34,510 bases of DNA from Candidatus Nanoarchaeia archaeon (GTDB taxonomy: Archaea > Nanobdellota > Nanobdellia > Woesearchaeales > DATDTY01): contig DATDTY010000001.1 of assembly GCA_035290625.1 (NCBI GenBank), positions 1 through 34,510 of the forward strand, read 5' to 3'. Position numbers and translations under genes: made by a program. Position 1 is the first letter of the stretch. Each line of letters starts with the position of its first letter. The notes under the pieces were generated by a model, which was given only the letters and a program-made list of their open reading frames with translations, did not search any database and was not told the origin of the DNA. This document shows positions 10,647-20,541 of this stretch, piece after piece.

Positions 10647-11115
10647 GGCTCAGATCGGCATCGCAGGCTTCCTGATGGCCATGGCCATATTTTCCGGGCT
10701 CCTGATCATCCTCATATCCACATGGAACCTCTATCTCACCCGTTTTGAAACCACAGCAGCGCTCAAGGAGATGCAGCTCAAGGCATCCCAGGTTACAGAT
10801 ATCCTTATCCAAACACAGGGTTATCCTCCTGACTGGGAAGACTCCCCTTCCACAATGCTCCTCATTGGCCTTGCAGCCTCTGACCACAATCTTTCCAGAC
10901 AAAAGCTCGAAGCTCTCCCTAATATTTCCTACACCTCCTTCAAGAATAGCCTCACCCTTTTCTCCTATGATCTCTTCCTGGATATTGCTTACCTTGACGG
11001 AACCTCAATACTAACCTATGGAAAGCCCTTTAACGGAACCTTATCAGTTCAGTCAAGCCGTATTGTGACGTATGATGGCAAAACAGCCTCCCTTCGTGGA
11101 CTCCTCTGGCACTAA
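10633..11115 (+). CDS. Type IV pilin-like protein
   Basis: KA/QIGIAGF plus hydrophobic helix; G-x-P-x-D-W-E...IGLA segment typical of archaeal pilin-cluster proteins. Confidence 0.8.
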   Translation: MKQHKAQIGIAGFLMAMAIFSGLLIILISTWNLYLTRFETTAALKEMQLKASQVTDILIQTQGYPPDWEDSPSTMLLIGLAASDHNLSRQKLEALPNISYTSFKNSLTLFSYDLFLDIAYLDGTSILTYGKPFNGTLSVQSSRIVTYDGKTASLRGLLWH

Positions 11116-11512
11116 GGCTATGGTCTTTAGCCTCGATGCAGCAATCGCAGTTAGCATCGCAGCTGTCCTGATGGTGTCTGCAGCTGTCGCAATCGCCTCG
11201 TACACCCCTGAAACTGCCTCTGCAGTTCCTATGCTGAAGCTTGGCTATGATGTCGTTGCTGTCCTGGAGCAGCAAGGAGCATTTTCGAAAAGCGAGGAGG
11301 GTATTAAAGATGATCTCCTGCAGCTGCTTCCTGTTAACTATGATATGCGGCTTGCGATCTCCTCGCTCAATCAGTCAAACGCAACACGCTACCGCGTTGT
11401 TGAAAGCACTGGCTCAAATCCCAGCAACCGATTTGTTGGCGCAGGAGAGATGGTTGCCACCACTTCAGGCCTTGAGCACCATCTTGTGAGGTTTTGGATA
11501 TGGGTCAAATAA
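11072..11512 (+). CDS. Type IV pilin-like protein
   Basis: KA/MVFSLDA plus hydrophobic helix; start uncertain. Confidence 0.72.
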   Translation: MMAKQPPFVDSSGTKAMVFSLDAAIAVSIAAVLMVSAAVAIASYTPETASAVPMLKLGYDVVAVLEQQGAFSKSEEGIKDDLLQLLPVNYDMRLAISSLNQSNATRYRVVESTGSNPSNRFVGAGEMVATTSGLEHHLVRFWIWVK

Positions 11513-11517
11513 CCTGC

Positions 11518-12318
11518 ATGCGTTCCAACACTCTGGGCAAAAAGGGGGTTTTCCTTACACTCATCACCACCCTGCTCTCCTTGCTCATCCTTGGCCTTGC
11601 CATCCTTGCCAGAGATCAGGAATCCAAGGAAAGCGAGGCGATCATCCCTACAGTTGCCATCTTTCAGCGCATCCATGCTCTTGAGATGTCCATCGAAAAA
11701 AGCGTGCAGGCAGTCTTCAGCCAGAGTTCAGCAGTCAGTGTTGCAGCCACTCAAAACCAGGTCATCATTACCCAATCCCTTCCAAACAACCTAAATGAGA
11801 CCTACAGGCAGGAGCTTGGCCGCCTCAGTCGCTTTATCACTGAAAACAGGAGCTACCTTAATCTGAGCGCAGATTTCACACTCTCTGCAGGATTCAATTA
11901 CACGCAGGATTCCTTTGGCTCTAGGGTCATTATGATCAGGCACTCGCCTTCTGTTGCATCCTATGAGCTTTATTTCCTCTCCAACCAGAGCAATGCAACC
12001 ATTGACATAGAGCAATGGAGCAGCGGAGCAACCAGCCTTTCAGTCATTGTTGAATCATCAACCGGCTGGCTCAGGTCTGAAAGCCGTGATGTCAACCTCA
12101 GCAATCCTGGAAGCATCGAGCTTGAAAACCTTGCAGGAGACCTTGAGATAAGCTGGGATGACGATAACTTAACAATAGGCTCATCGGCAGAGACCCTGCT
12201 GTTCAGGCTTACAGCCTCCTACTCAGGAAACGCCCCCCCAGTTGTTTTCCCTTCCATGCTCAGGTTCAACTTCTCTCAGTATGGGATAAGCAAGGTGAGT
12301 GATGTGAGGGTTGGTTAA
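11518..12318 (+). CDS. Type IV pilin-like (minor pilin) protein
   Basis: KKG/VFLTL plus hydrophobic helix; beta-rich C-terminus. Confidence 0.75.
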   Translation: MRSNTLGKKGVFLTLITTLLSLLILGLAILARDQESKESEAIIPTVAIFQRIHALEMSIEKSVQAVFSQSSAVSVAATQNQVIITQSLPNNLNETYRQELGRLSRFITENRSYLNLSADFTLSAGFNYTQDSFGSRVIMIRHSPSVASYELYFLSNQSNATIDIEQWSSGATSLSVIVESSTGWLRSESRDVNLSNPGSIELENLAGDLEISWDDDNLTIGSSAETLLFRLTASYSGNAPPVVFPSMLRFNFSQYGISKVSDVRVG

Positions 12319-12381
12319 GTTATTACTTCTAAGTGATTAAAATAGAAAGATTTATAAAGGGACGTTTCTGTGTATATTTGT

Positions 12382-13044
12382 ATGGAAATACGACTATTAG
12401 CTATAGATGAACCTACGTATCCTGATGGATCTGATATAGCATATTTTATGCTAGCAATAGAAGAATCTGTATCTGATTATGATGTTATTGTTGCTCCTGA
12501 AGCCGCATTTTCTACTAAGCCTGTCTTGCCTAAAGAAGGCAAAGACAGACTTGTTGAGAGGATTAGGGGCGCGTCTGAGGGGAGCAGCACTCTTGTACTG
12601 CCCGGAACGTTTCTTTGGAAAGACAATGGACAGCTATACAATTCATCGCCAATTGTGTCAGATGGAAGAGTGCTCAAAGAGTATTTTAAGGAAACTACTG
12701 ATCGCCAGGATCAATACGTTGCTGATACCGAGGGACTTGTTCATATCACTGGGAATAACCAAGGGGGGGCAGATTGGAATGGAATCAATGTTGGAGTAGA
12801 GATTTGCAGAGATCATGGTATGGGAAGATTAAAGAGATGGATTGAGAATTTTGGTATGCGTAAGCCGGTAGACTTACATGTAGTGCTTTCTCGAGGAATA
12901 TATTATCATCCCCCTCACGATATGAGTGGAGAGCAGGGTTCTTTTGTTTTGTGTGATGGGGTAAATGGAAGCAGTGATGTCAGGAGGAATTCTAGATTAC
13001 TCCAAGGGGAACACACCTTCTTTGGAACACGGTATAGACTTTAG
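12382..13044 (+). CDS. Carbon-nitrogen hydrolase (nitrilase superfamily) protein
   Basis: Glu-Lys-Cys triad motifs VAPE, YFK, EICRD; LYNSSPIV; own TTTATAAA box near 12351. Confidence 0.8.
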   Translation: MEIRLLAIDEPTYPDGSDIAYFMLAIEESVSDYDVIVAPEAAFSTKPVLPKEGKDRLVERIRGASEGSSTLVLPGTFLWKDNGQLYNSSPIVSDGRVLKEYFKETTDRQDQYVADTEGLVHITGNNQGGADWNGINVGVEICRDHGMGRLKRWIENFGMRKPVDLHVVLSRGIYYHPPHDMSGEQGSFVLCDGVNGSSDVRRNSRLLQGEHTFFGTRYRL

Positions 13045-13105
13045 CATTATTAAGTAGTCAAATGTTCACAATGTTTAAATAGTCCAGAAAGACCCTCGTA
13101 TATGT

Positions 13106-13405
13106 ATGACCAAAGAGCTTTATTTAGGGTATAACCGATATACACAAGAGGTATTTCTTAATATCCGCGGAAATAAAAATGCTGCAGAAGATATAGGCTT
13201 TCGGAGACTTTTTGACGGAACCGATTTTATCAATCCGTTAATGGATTATTTAGTCAAAGACCACGGAACCAGAAAAAAAACTCTGCTTAAAATTGAGATT
13301 CCAGAGCCTGCTGCATCTGAGTTAGAGGAAAAAGTTAGCGATGCAACTGTGGCAAAACAATTGAATAAGTGGAGAGTAAACAAGCTTCCTTATTCTGATT
13401 CGTAA
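13106..13405 (+). CDS. Hypothetical protein (99 aa)
   Basis: ORF with TTTAAATA ~30 nt upstream (leaderless spacing). Confidence 0.65.
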   Translation: MTKELYLGYNRYTQEVFLNIRGNKNAAEDIGFRRLFDGTDFINPLMDYLVKDHGTRKKTLLKIEIPEPAASELEEKVSDATVAKQLNKWRVNKLPYSDS

Positions 13406-13475
13406 GGTTTCACCCCTCCAAAATTAACACACAAGTTTAAGAATCCTCATTCTGTGAATGTGATTGGGGAATGGA

Positions 13476-14501
13476 ATGAAGTATTTGAAGGCATTGCTGC
13501 CAAGCCATAACCAGCTTCTGATAGAGTTATCGTTCCTGATCGGCATCGTATTCCTTGGGGCATCATTTATCGGCCAGAACACCAGTTCTTTCTTTGTAGG
13601 CCTCGGCATGCTGTTCTACTCCCTTTATGTCTTTGAGATGAGCCTCTTTGGTGAGGAAAAAGCACAGCAAAAAAAAGTCTCTGTTGTCCTCTTTTTTCTT
13701 ATAGCACTTGGTATCCTGCTCTTCCTTATATTCCTCTCCTACCCAAGGATTATTGAGCCTTTGGCAGGAGTGCCCCTCAGCAAAAACTGGCTGATCTACG
13801 TCCTTATCGCCTTTTTTATCATAGACCTTGCATTCCTGGCAGCTCATATCAGGAAATCAAAATCTGCCAATGCTCCAAACTCTGCTCCCAAAGCTCACAC
13901 CCTTAGAACCCTGCCTAAGGCAGCGCCCAAGAAAGAGGCAATGGAGACAAGCAAGCAGTTGCCAAAACCTCCAAGAAAGCACAAAACGCCAAGACAACTG
14001 TTCTATATCTTCTTGTTCTATGTTGGGATCCTCATCTCCATCTTTAGCCTGGTTTCAGCAGAGTGGATCACCTTTGTCATAATCCTTATAGTCATGGCTG
14101 CAAGCCTCTACAGCTACCGCTTAACACTTCCTGTGAGGCTGGCTGAGAAAGCTCCTTCCAAATCCCCTCCAAAAGCCCCCCTCTGGCAAAGGCTTCTGAA
14201 CAGGCTTGGGCTCAGGATAAAAAAGAAAACATTTGCCCCTGTGGAAATCGAGACTCATCAGCCAAGAGACATCATTGTGAAAGGCGTTGCAAGCTATGAG
14301 ACTGATTTTGACAGGCTCTATGCCCTTGTGCAGGCCAAAAAAATAGTTAAGGCGCAGGAGATTGCTCAGAAGTTTGGAATCAACATTAAAAAGGCAGAGG
14401 AATGGGCCAAGATCCTTGAGTCTTCAAATCTCATTGAGATCCTCTATACTCCATTTGGAGAGTTTACTGTGAGAATAAAAGGCAATGACAAAACCCATTG
14501 A
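13476..14501 (+). CDS. Membrane protein with C-terminal winged-helix-like domain, pilus-locus associated
   Basis: About 6 TM segments; ETDFDRLYALV...EIAQKFGINIKKAEEWAKILESSNLI; overlaps the ATPase start. Confidence 0.75.
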   Translation: MKYLKALLPSHNQLLIELSFLIGIVFLGASFIGQNTSSFFVGLGMLFYSLYVFEMSLFGEEKAQQKKVSVVLFFLIALGILLFLIFLSYPRIIEPLAGVPLSKNWLIYVLIAFFIIDLAFLAAHIRKSKSANAPNSAPKAHTLRTLPKAAPKKEAMETSKQLPKPPRKHKTPRQLFYIFLFYVGILISIFSLVSAEWITFVIILIVMAASLYSYRLTLPVRLAEKAPSKSPPKAPLWQRLLNRLGLRIKKKTFAPVEIETHQPRDIIVKGVASYETDFDRLYALVQAKKIVKAQEIAQKFGINIKKAEEWAKILESSNLIEILYTPFGEFTVRIKGNDKTH

Positions 14502-15984
14502 TGAATACGATATTGAAGCTGAGGGGATGCTTGTAAGGGTTGCCATATCCCATGAGCCAGGCGCTGCCCCGCTCTACCATATCGTAATCACGCAATTCAA
14601 GCCTGCGACAATTGCCCTGTTGAATGACATAAAGCAGCAGCTGATTACAGAGCTTCGCCTCACCTCAACTGAAGTCCTTGATGCGAAGATGATTGACAGT
14701 ATCAAGGAAAAGTTCAAGCAGAAGGCATTTGCCTTGTTCAGCGACAGGCTTCCAAAAGCAAAAAGCGGAGAGCTGAATCTCCTTGTTACCTACCTCACGC
14801 ATGAGATGCTTGGCCTTGGAAAGATTGAGTTCCTGCTGCAGGACAGCCAGCTTGAGGAGATTATCGTCAACTCTGCCAGAGAGCCGATACGGGTATACCA
14901 CAAAAAGCATGGCTGGCTTGAGACGAATATCTTTGTAAAGGATGAGGCTCAGATCCAGAACTATTCCAGCATCATCGCAAGGCGCGTTGGAAGGCAGATC
15001 ACAACCCTTCACCCACTCCTTGATGCACACCTTGTTAGCGGAGACAGAGCAAACGCAGTCCTCTACCCCATAGCCACCAAGGGCAACACAATCACCATCC
15101 GAAAGTTTGTGCGCGATCCCTGGACTGTAACCGACTTCATCCAGAACAAAACAGGGGACTCAACACTCTTCAGCCTGATCTGGATTGCCATGCAGTATGA
15201 GATGAACATCCTCATAAGCGGCGGCACAGGCTCAGGAAAAACATCATTGCTCAATGTGATCATGCCCTTTATCCCATTCAACCACAGGATTATCTCGATT
15301 GAGGACACCCGTGAGCTCCAGCTTCCTGAGTATCTCTACTGGGCTCCGCTTGTGACACGACAGCCTAACCCCGAGGGAAAAGGAGAAGTCACTATGCTTG
15401 ACCTTCTCATCAATGCCCTGCGCATGAGGCCAGACCGGATCATCCTCGGCGAGATCAGGAAAGGCAGGGATGCAGAAGTGCTCTTTGAGGCGATGCATAC
15501 AGGTCATAGCGTCTATGCAACCCTGCATGCAGACTCGATTGGAGAAACGATTCAGCGGCTGATCCACCCGCCAATCAACGTTCCTCCAAACCTGCTTTCT
15601 GCAGTCAACCTCAATGTGGTGATGTTCAGGGATAGAAGGAAGGGGATCAGAAGGATATACCAGGTAGGGGAGTTTATTACAGAGACTGAATCCGCAACGC
15701 CGCAGCCTGGGATCCTCTACAGATGGAAGCCGGAATCAGACGCCATGGTTGAGCACAACAAGCCAACCCGCTTCTTTGACAATCTGGCAAGACATACCGG
15801 CATGACATATGCTGAAATCGCAAAAGACCTCAAAATCAAGGAGAAAATCCTGAACTACATGGTCAAGCATAATCTTAGGGATGTCCAGAGCGTCGGTAAA
15901 ATCATGAGGAAATATTATCTGGACGAAAAGGCAGTGGTCAGCCATGTCCTGGCTGCCAAGAGCCCAAAACAGCTATTGGAGTAG
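14485..15984 (+). CDS. Type II/IV secretion (pilus assembly) ATPase, VirB11/TadA/CpaF family
   Basis: Walker A GGTGSGKT, SIEDTREL, LRMRPDRIILGEIR, MHTGH...TLHA. Confidence 0.95.
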   Translation: MTKPIDEYDIEAEGMLVRVAISHEPGAAPLYHIVITQFKPATIALLNDIKQQLITELRLTSTEVLDAKMIDSIKEKFKQKAFALFSDRLPKAKSGELNLLVTYLTHEMLGLGKIEFLLQDSQLEEIIVNSAREPIRVYHKKHGWLETNIFVKDEAQIQNYSSIIARRVGRQITTLHPLLDAHLVSGDRANAVLYPIATKGNTITIRKFVRDPWTVTDFIQNKTGDSTLFSLIWIAMQYEMNILISGGTGSGKTSLLNVIMPFIPFNHRIISIEDTRELQLPEYLYWAPLVTRQPNPEGKGEVTMLDLLINALRMRPDRIILGEIRKGRDAEVLFEAMHTGHSVYATLHADSIGETIQRLIHPPINVPPNLLSAVNLNVVMFRDRRKGIRRIYQVGEFITETESATPQPGILYRWKPESDAMVEHNKPTRFFDNLARHTGMTYAEIAKDLKIKEKILNYMVKHNLRDVQSVGKIMRKYYLDEKAVVSHVLAAKSPKQLLE

Positions 15985-15986
15985 CA

Positions 15987-16883
15987 ATGAACAGCGTCAA
16001 GATTCCCTTTTCCTTGCTCCCTCCTGCAATATTGGAGAAAGGGAGCCGCCGTTTCCTCTGGCTTGGCAGCATGGCTGAGAGGTTCTTTCCGTTTTTGAGA
16101 CTCTCCCTCCTCCAATCTGAGCTTGGAGTAAAACCCAGGGAGTATCTTGCGTTGTGCATCCTCAGCACGCTTTCCTTTTTTTTTGCAGGAACATTTGTCC
16201 TGTCAGGGCTCCTTCTGCTCTTTAGAGTGGATGCTGCAATCCTTGTAGGTCTCAGCATTATGCTCCTCTTTTCTGCATTTATCTTCATTGAGCAGGTGAT
16301 GTATCCAAGAGTCATTTCCAGCCGCAGGATCAAGGACATTGACCAGAACCTGCTTCCCGCCTTACGGACAATGCTGATTCACGTGAATTCAGGCGTTCCT
16401 CTTTTTGAGGCATTGGTGAGTATTGCTAACGAGCAGTATGGCGCAGTTTCCCTTGAGTTCAAAAAAGCAGTGAAAGCCATCAATGCAGGAATCCCCGAAG
16501 TTGAAAGCCTTGAGAAGCTTGCTGAGGAAAATCCATCGTTCTATTTCCGGAGGGCAATCTGGCAGATTGTGAACGGCATCACTGCAGGAAGCCAGGTGGA
16601 CACAGTCCTGAAAGAAGTCACCCACAGCATCAGCCAGGAGCAGACAATCCAGATAGAGACCTATGGCTCACAGCTCAATCCTCTGGCGATGTTCTACATG
16701 ATTATAGCGGTGATTATCCCTGCCCTAGGCATGACCTTCATGGTTATCATCTCCTCATTCATTGCCTTGTCTGAATCAGGCACTAAGATTATGTTTTGGG
16801 GGATGTATGCCTTTGTCATCTTTTTCCAAATCATGTTCCTTGGCCTTATCCGCACCAAGCGGCCAAATCTCATCGGAGGATAG
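15987..16883 (+). CDS. Type II secretion system F / TadC-like pilus platform protein
   Basis: IDQNLLPALRTM...SGVPLFEAL...YGAVSLEF; multiple TMs; follows the ATPase. Confidence 0.9.
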   Translation: MNSVKIPFSLLPPAILEKGSRRFLWLGSMAERFFPFLRLSLLQSELGVKPREYLALCILSTLSFFFAGTFVLSGLLLLFRVDAAILVGLSIMLLFSAFIFIEQVMYPRVISSRRIKDIDQNLLPALRTMLIHVNSGVPLFEALVSIANEQYGAVSLEFKKAVKAINAGIPEVESLEKLAEENPSFYFRRAIWQIVNGITAGSQVDTVLKEVTHSISQEQTIQIETYGSQLNPLAMFYMIIAVIIPALGMTFMVIISSFIALSESGTKIMFWGMYAFVIFFQIMFLGLIRTKRPNLIGG

Positions 16884-16884
16884 C

Positions 16885-17850
16885 ATGTATCAGTATATCG
16901 GAAAGCTCTACCCTGCTCCATTGAAGAAACGCCTTGAGAAACTCTTGTCCTATTCCAAAATCAGGACAGAGCGTGACAGCCTTATCGGATTTACAGCCCT
17001 GACCACCCTTCTCCTTGCCTTGCTTGCAGGCTTTGGCCTTGGATACCTGTTCAGCATTTCAGCGCTGCTTGTCTTCCTCCTGGCTCTGTTCCTGCTCCAG
17101 GCTCTGCTCTTTATCCTGCTCCTCCTCTCTGCCGAGAGGACTGCAAAGCTTGTTGAAAGCGTGCTTCCTGATGCGCTCCAGCTCATGGCCTCCAATCTGA
17201 GGGCTGGAATGACAAATGACCGGGCATTGTTCATGTCCTCAAGGCCTGAGTTCGGGCCTTTGGCCCATGAGATCAATCTGGTCGGGAAGAAGGTGATGCT
17301 TGGAGAGGAGCTTGAAGATAGCCTCCATGAAATGACTCGCCATATCAAGAGCCAGAGATTGGAGAAAGTTGTTGAGCTCATCACCTCAGGCACACGCTCA
17401 GGAGGCCAGCTTGCCATGCTTCTTGAGCATACCGCCGCTGACCTGAGGCGCCAGTCCATTGTAGACAAGAAGGTGAGGGCGAGCGTCAATATGTATGTCA
17501 TCTTTATTTTTATCGCAGCTGGAATCGCTTCTCCTGTGCTCTTTGGCCTGAGCTCTTACCTTGTTGAAGTGCTCTCAGAGAACATCTCTAGCATTGATCT
17601 GCCTCCAACTGTGACAGCATTGCCTATCTCCCTGTCGAAGATCAGCATCTCTCCAGCTTTTGTGATCCAGTTTTCAGTCATATCCTTGATCACCACAAGC
17701 CTGCTTGCAAGCTTTGTCCTCGGCCTTATCAGCAAAGGCAAGGAAAGCGAGGGATTCAAGTTTATGATACCCCTGCTCTTCCTAAGCCTCTCCCTCTTCT
17801 TCGCCTCCAGGTATATTGTCTCGCATGCATTGGGCGGGCTGTTTGGGTAA
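16885..17850 (+). CDS. Type II secretion system F / TadC-like pilus platform protein
   Basis: LPDALQLMASNLRAGM...RPEFGPLAHEI; start reassigned to ATG at 16885. Confidence 0.9.
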   Translation: MYQYIGKLYPAPLKKRLEKLLSYSKIRTERDSLIGFTALTTLLLALLAGFGLGYLFSISALLVFLLALFLLQALLFILLLLSAERTAKLVESVLPDALQLMASNLRAGMTNDRALFMSSRPEFGPLAHEINLVGKKVMLGEELEDSLHEMTRHIKSQRLEKVVELITSGTRSGGQLAMLLEHTAADLRRQSIVDKKVRASVNMYVIFIFIAAGIASPVLFGLSSYLVEVLSENISSIDLPPTVTALPISLSKISISPAFVIQFSVISLITTSLLASFVLGLISKGKESEGFKFMIPLLFLSLSLFFASRYIVSHALGGLFG

Positions 17851-17867
17851 GCTGCAGATAGGCATCC

Positions 17868-18064
17868 GGCTTCCCTGAAAATGTAGTTGCCGTCAATTCG
17901 TGAGGCTCTTATACGCTGAGACGCCAAACCGACAAGGGGGTCGTCCCACCCGGGGAATGTCGGTCCTCCAGAAGATCTTTGCAGCCGAGCCGGTGGCTAG
18001 CGAGCAAGCTCGCATTGCTCGCTTGCAAGCCACAGCAACCTCGAAGAGATTTTCAGGGAAGCCC
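17868..18064 (+). mobile_element. Structured intergenic element, copy E1
   Basis: 15-bp perfect IR GGCTTCCCTGAAAAT (17868-82 / 18049-63); 9-bp direct repeat TAGGCATCC (17859-67, 18065-73); shared core with the other copies. Confidence 0.85.
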
Positions 18065-18079
18065 TAGGCATCCTAAACC

Positions 18080-18087
18080 TTTAAATA
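18080..18087 (+). promoter_or_regulatory. Archaeal BRE/TATA box
   Basis: AAACCTTTAAATA about 27-30 nt before the ATGs at 18107/18110. Confidence 0.6.
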
Positions 18088-18106
18088 GAATATCTTTCTG
18101 TGATTA

Positions 18107-19750
18107 ATGATGAACACGAAGGTTCGACCAAAACTTCTGCTGCTCTGCGCATTCTTGATTCTTGCCCTGTTTGCAGCACAGATTACCTTTCCCGAAGAAA
18201 CATTTGTTGGGAAAGCCGCAGATCTGCCTGAATCAGATGCTTGTGAAGAGGCTGGCATCTTATTTTGCGGACTGATGGTCAGCAGGGATATTGTAAGCTC
18301 GAAGTTCACATCCATGGAACTCAGAGGGATTATTGACGAGACTACTTTGTATCCGCCTCTTGACAACTGGGAAACCGGCGATTGGAATGAGGACGACTAT
18401 ACTCAGGAAATACAGTACCCTGGACCTGACTTCCGCCTTGAGTTTGCTGAAGATCCAGGAGTTCGCGCATGCGGCCTTGAGGATGTTGTTGAAGAATTAA
18501 GAGAAGTAGCAGAAGAGATAGCATTTTTCAGGCTTTTGAAGGAAGGAGGGTATTATGATTCAAGGATCCATCATGTGGATAGAAGGTATCTCAATGAAGA
18601 GGAGCTTCCTGAGTTTGATCCAACATATACAGGGCGCCTTGCAGCAGATTTTTTGGAGCAATGCTCGGAGAATCCGGGGCTGGGAGGCCTGCATCCTCAG
18701 GAAGGAGGGACATTTGCAGACATCTATGGGCGGATTCCAACAGGAAGCTGCGCAATCATTGTTAACCGGGTCATAGACTTGCAGCTTTCAATACTTGAAA
18801 GGAAAAAGGAGGATATCCTGCGGTCTCATGTTCGGGAGGGAAGGTATGCTCCATTCACAGCGGAAGATTTTAATGAAGGGACTGAGGTCAGTGATACAGA
18901 CATATTTGAAGGGGCTAAGAGATTCGCCAGGAATTTTGACAGCGTATTTGATAGATGCAGAGTTTTCTTTAATAGATATAACGGAGATGCATCTGAGGAT
19001 ATCCTCTTTTCTCTCAAGCAAAGGTATTACGGGTATGCGTGTTCTGCATCAAAATCTGTATTTAGGCAATTTAACCCCCCTGAGGACGCACCACCAGTGG
19101 AAAGCCCAATTTATGGAAACGAACAGGGCATTTGTTTAGGCATATCCTCCACAGTCAACAGATTTTTCAGTGATGGAAAGTTCGTGGGAGGCGACTGTAA
19201 GATATCTCAGAGAGAATATGCTGACATGATAAGAGGTGAAGGATGCTTTGAAGTTCCCTGCCAGACCTTTAGCGAATTATTAACAGCAGTATACCCAAGA
19301 GGGAGCCATTCACCCCTCTCAGAGACGACGAGATTCCATCGTGAGCAGAATCAGGAACTGAAGGAATGTATGGCGAGAGAGGGGACCCTAGAAAGGAGAG
19401 GCACGCTGTTTGCGAGATGGTTTGAGTATACTAATCCACAATCTCTGCTGCAAATCGAGGAGCAGGAAATAAATTATTTTGATCTTCTCGATCGAATACT
19501 CGATGGCGAAACGCCTATGATATCAATTGTCGGCACTGCTTTGGGGCCCTCCCATTCAATTTTTGCGCATTCCTGTGATGATGTAGGCCTTATTGAGGTA
19601 TTTGATCCTAACTTCCCCGAAGATACACGTTATCTCAGATACACAGGATCAGGCACGTTTATGGAGCCAACGTTCTTGGAACCCGTCATTATAAGACATG
19701 TTGAGTCTCCTTACACCCCCAGAAACATCTGCCATGAGGAATCTCCTTGA
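18107..19750 (+). CDS. Exported acidic Cys-rich protein with probable C-terminal papain-like peptidase domain
   Basis: Signal/TM segment at N-terminus; GICLGIS (Cys), SHSIFA (His), VFDPN (Asp). Confidence 0.65.
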   Translation: MMNTKVRPKLLLLCAFLILALFAAQITFPEETFVGKAADLPESDACEEAGILFCGLMVSRDIVSSKFTSMELRGIIDETTLYPPLDNWETGDWNEDDYTQEIQYPGPDFRLEFAEDPGVRACGLEDVVEELREVAEEIAFFRLLKEGGYYDSRIHHVDRRYLNEEELPEFDPTYTGRLAADFLEQCSENPGLGGLHPQEGGTFADIYGRIPTGSCAIIVNRVIDLQLSILERKKEDILRSHVREGRYAPFTAEDFNEGTEVSDTDIFEGAKRFARNFDSVFDRCRVFFNRYNGDASEDILFSLKQRYYGYACSASKSVFRQFNPPEDAPPVESPIYGNEQGICLGISSTVNRFFSDGKFVGGDCKISQREYADMIRGEGCFEVPCQTFSELLTAVYPRGSHSPLSETTRFHREQNQELKECMAREGTLERRGTLFARWFEYTNPQSLLQIEEQEINYFDLLDRILDGETPMISIVGTALGPSHSIFAHSCDDVGLIEVFDPNFPEDTRYLRYTGSGTFMEPTFLEPVIIRHVESPYTPRNICHEESP

Positions 19751-19854
19751 TCTGCCACTCGTGTAAGACGTGAAGGCCTCAAACTCTGAACAGAAGATGA
19801 TTATAGTGAAGGTTAGGATGAAGGGCACAAGTGAACCGCTTACCCTGAACTGCG

Positions 19855-20538
19855 TCACTCCACTGTCTTTGACGTGTCAACCTCTATGCCTTCCTTTGTG
19901 ATGTCGAAAGGAAACGTCTTGTCAGGAATTTTTGTTCCCCTCATCTTGATCACTTCGAGCGCCCTGTTTCTTACTCCTTTCTGCTTCCTGTGGTAAAGAA
20001 AGATGATCCCATCCACCTCAAACTCCATCGCTGCAGTCACGCTTTCATCAGTCACATTTCCCTGGCTTGTAAGCACAGCAGTGCAGTCCCATTTGTTGAT
20101 CAGCTCGAATAACGCAAGCGCAGCCTCCTTCTTTGTAAGCTCATCCTCATACAGCAGCACAAATGATGTTATTGAATCAATAACCAGCCTCTTCGCCTTC
20201 ATCTTTTCGATGATATGCTCAATAATGCCCCCCCCTTCAACCAGCACCTTCTTTACCTGCTCAGGAGTATACTCAAGGAATGAGAACTTCCCTTCTTTCT
20301 CGTATTTCGCCAGATCCCAGCCAAATTCCAGCATCGACTCGTATACCTTTTCCTTCTTCTCTTCAAAAGTGATGTAGATCCCAGATTCTCCCTTCTTAAA
20401 TCCCTCTACAAGGAATTGGATGGCAAAGATGCTTTTTCCCGAGCCAGCGGTTCCCGCAACAAGATTGATAGAATTCTTCTGAAACCCGCCTTGCAGCAGC
20501 GTATCAAGCTTGGAAATTCCTGAAGAGACCCGCGGCAT
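19855..20538 (-). CDS. KaiC/RAD55-like RecA-superfamily ATPase (single domain)
   Basis: SSGISKLDTLLQGG, GTAGSGKS, YITFEE, RLVIDS, VIKMRG. Confidence 0.92.
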   Translation of the reverse strand: MPRVSSGISKLDTLLQGGFQKNSINLVAGTAGSGKSIFAIQFLVEGFKKGESGIYITFEEKKEKVYESMLEFGWDLAKYEKEGKFSFLEYTPEQVKKVLVEGGGIIEHIIEKMKAKRLVIDSITSFVLLYEDELTKKEAALALFELINKWDCTAVLTSQGNVTDESVTAAMEFEVDGIIFLYHRKQKGVRNRALEVIKMRGTKIPDKTFPFDITKEGIEVDTSKTVE

Positions 20539-20541
20539 TGC

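Noticed and set aside
10230..17850. Archaellum operon
   Set aside because: No recognisable archaellins or ArlF/G; two TadC-like genes fit a pilus better
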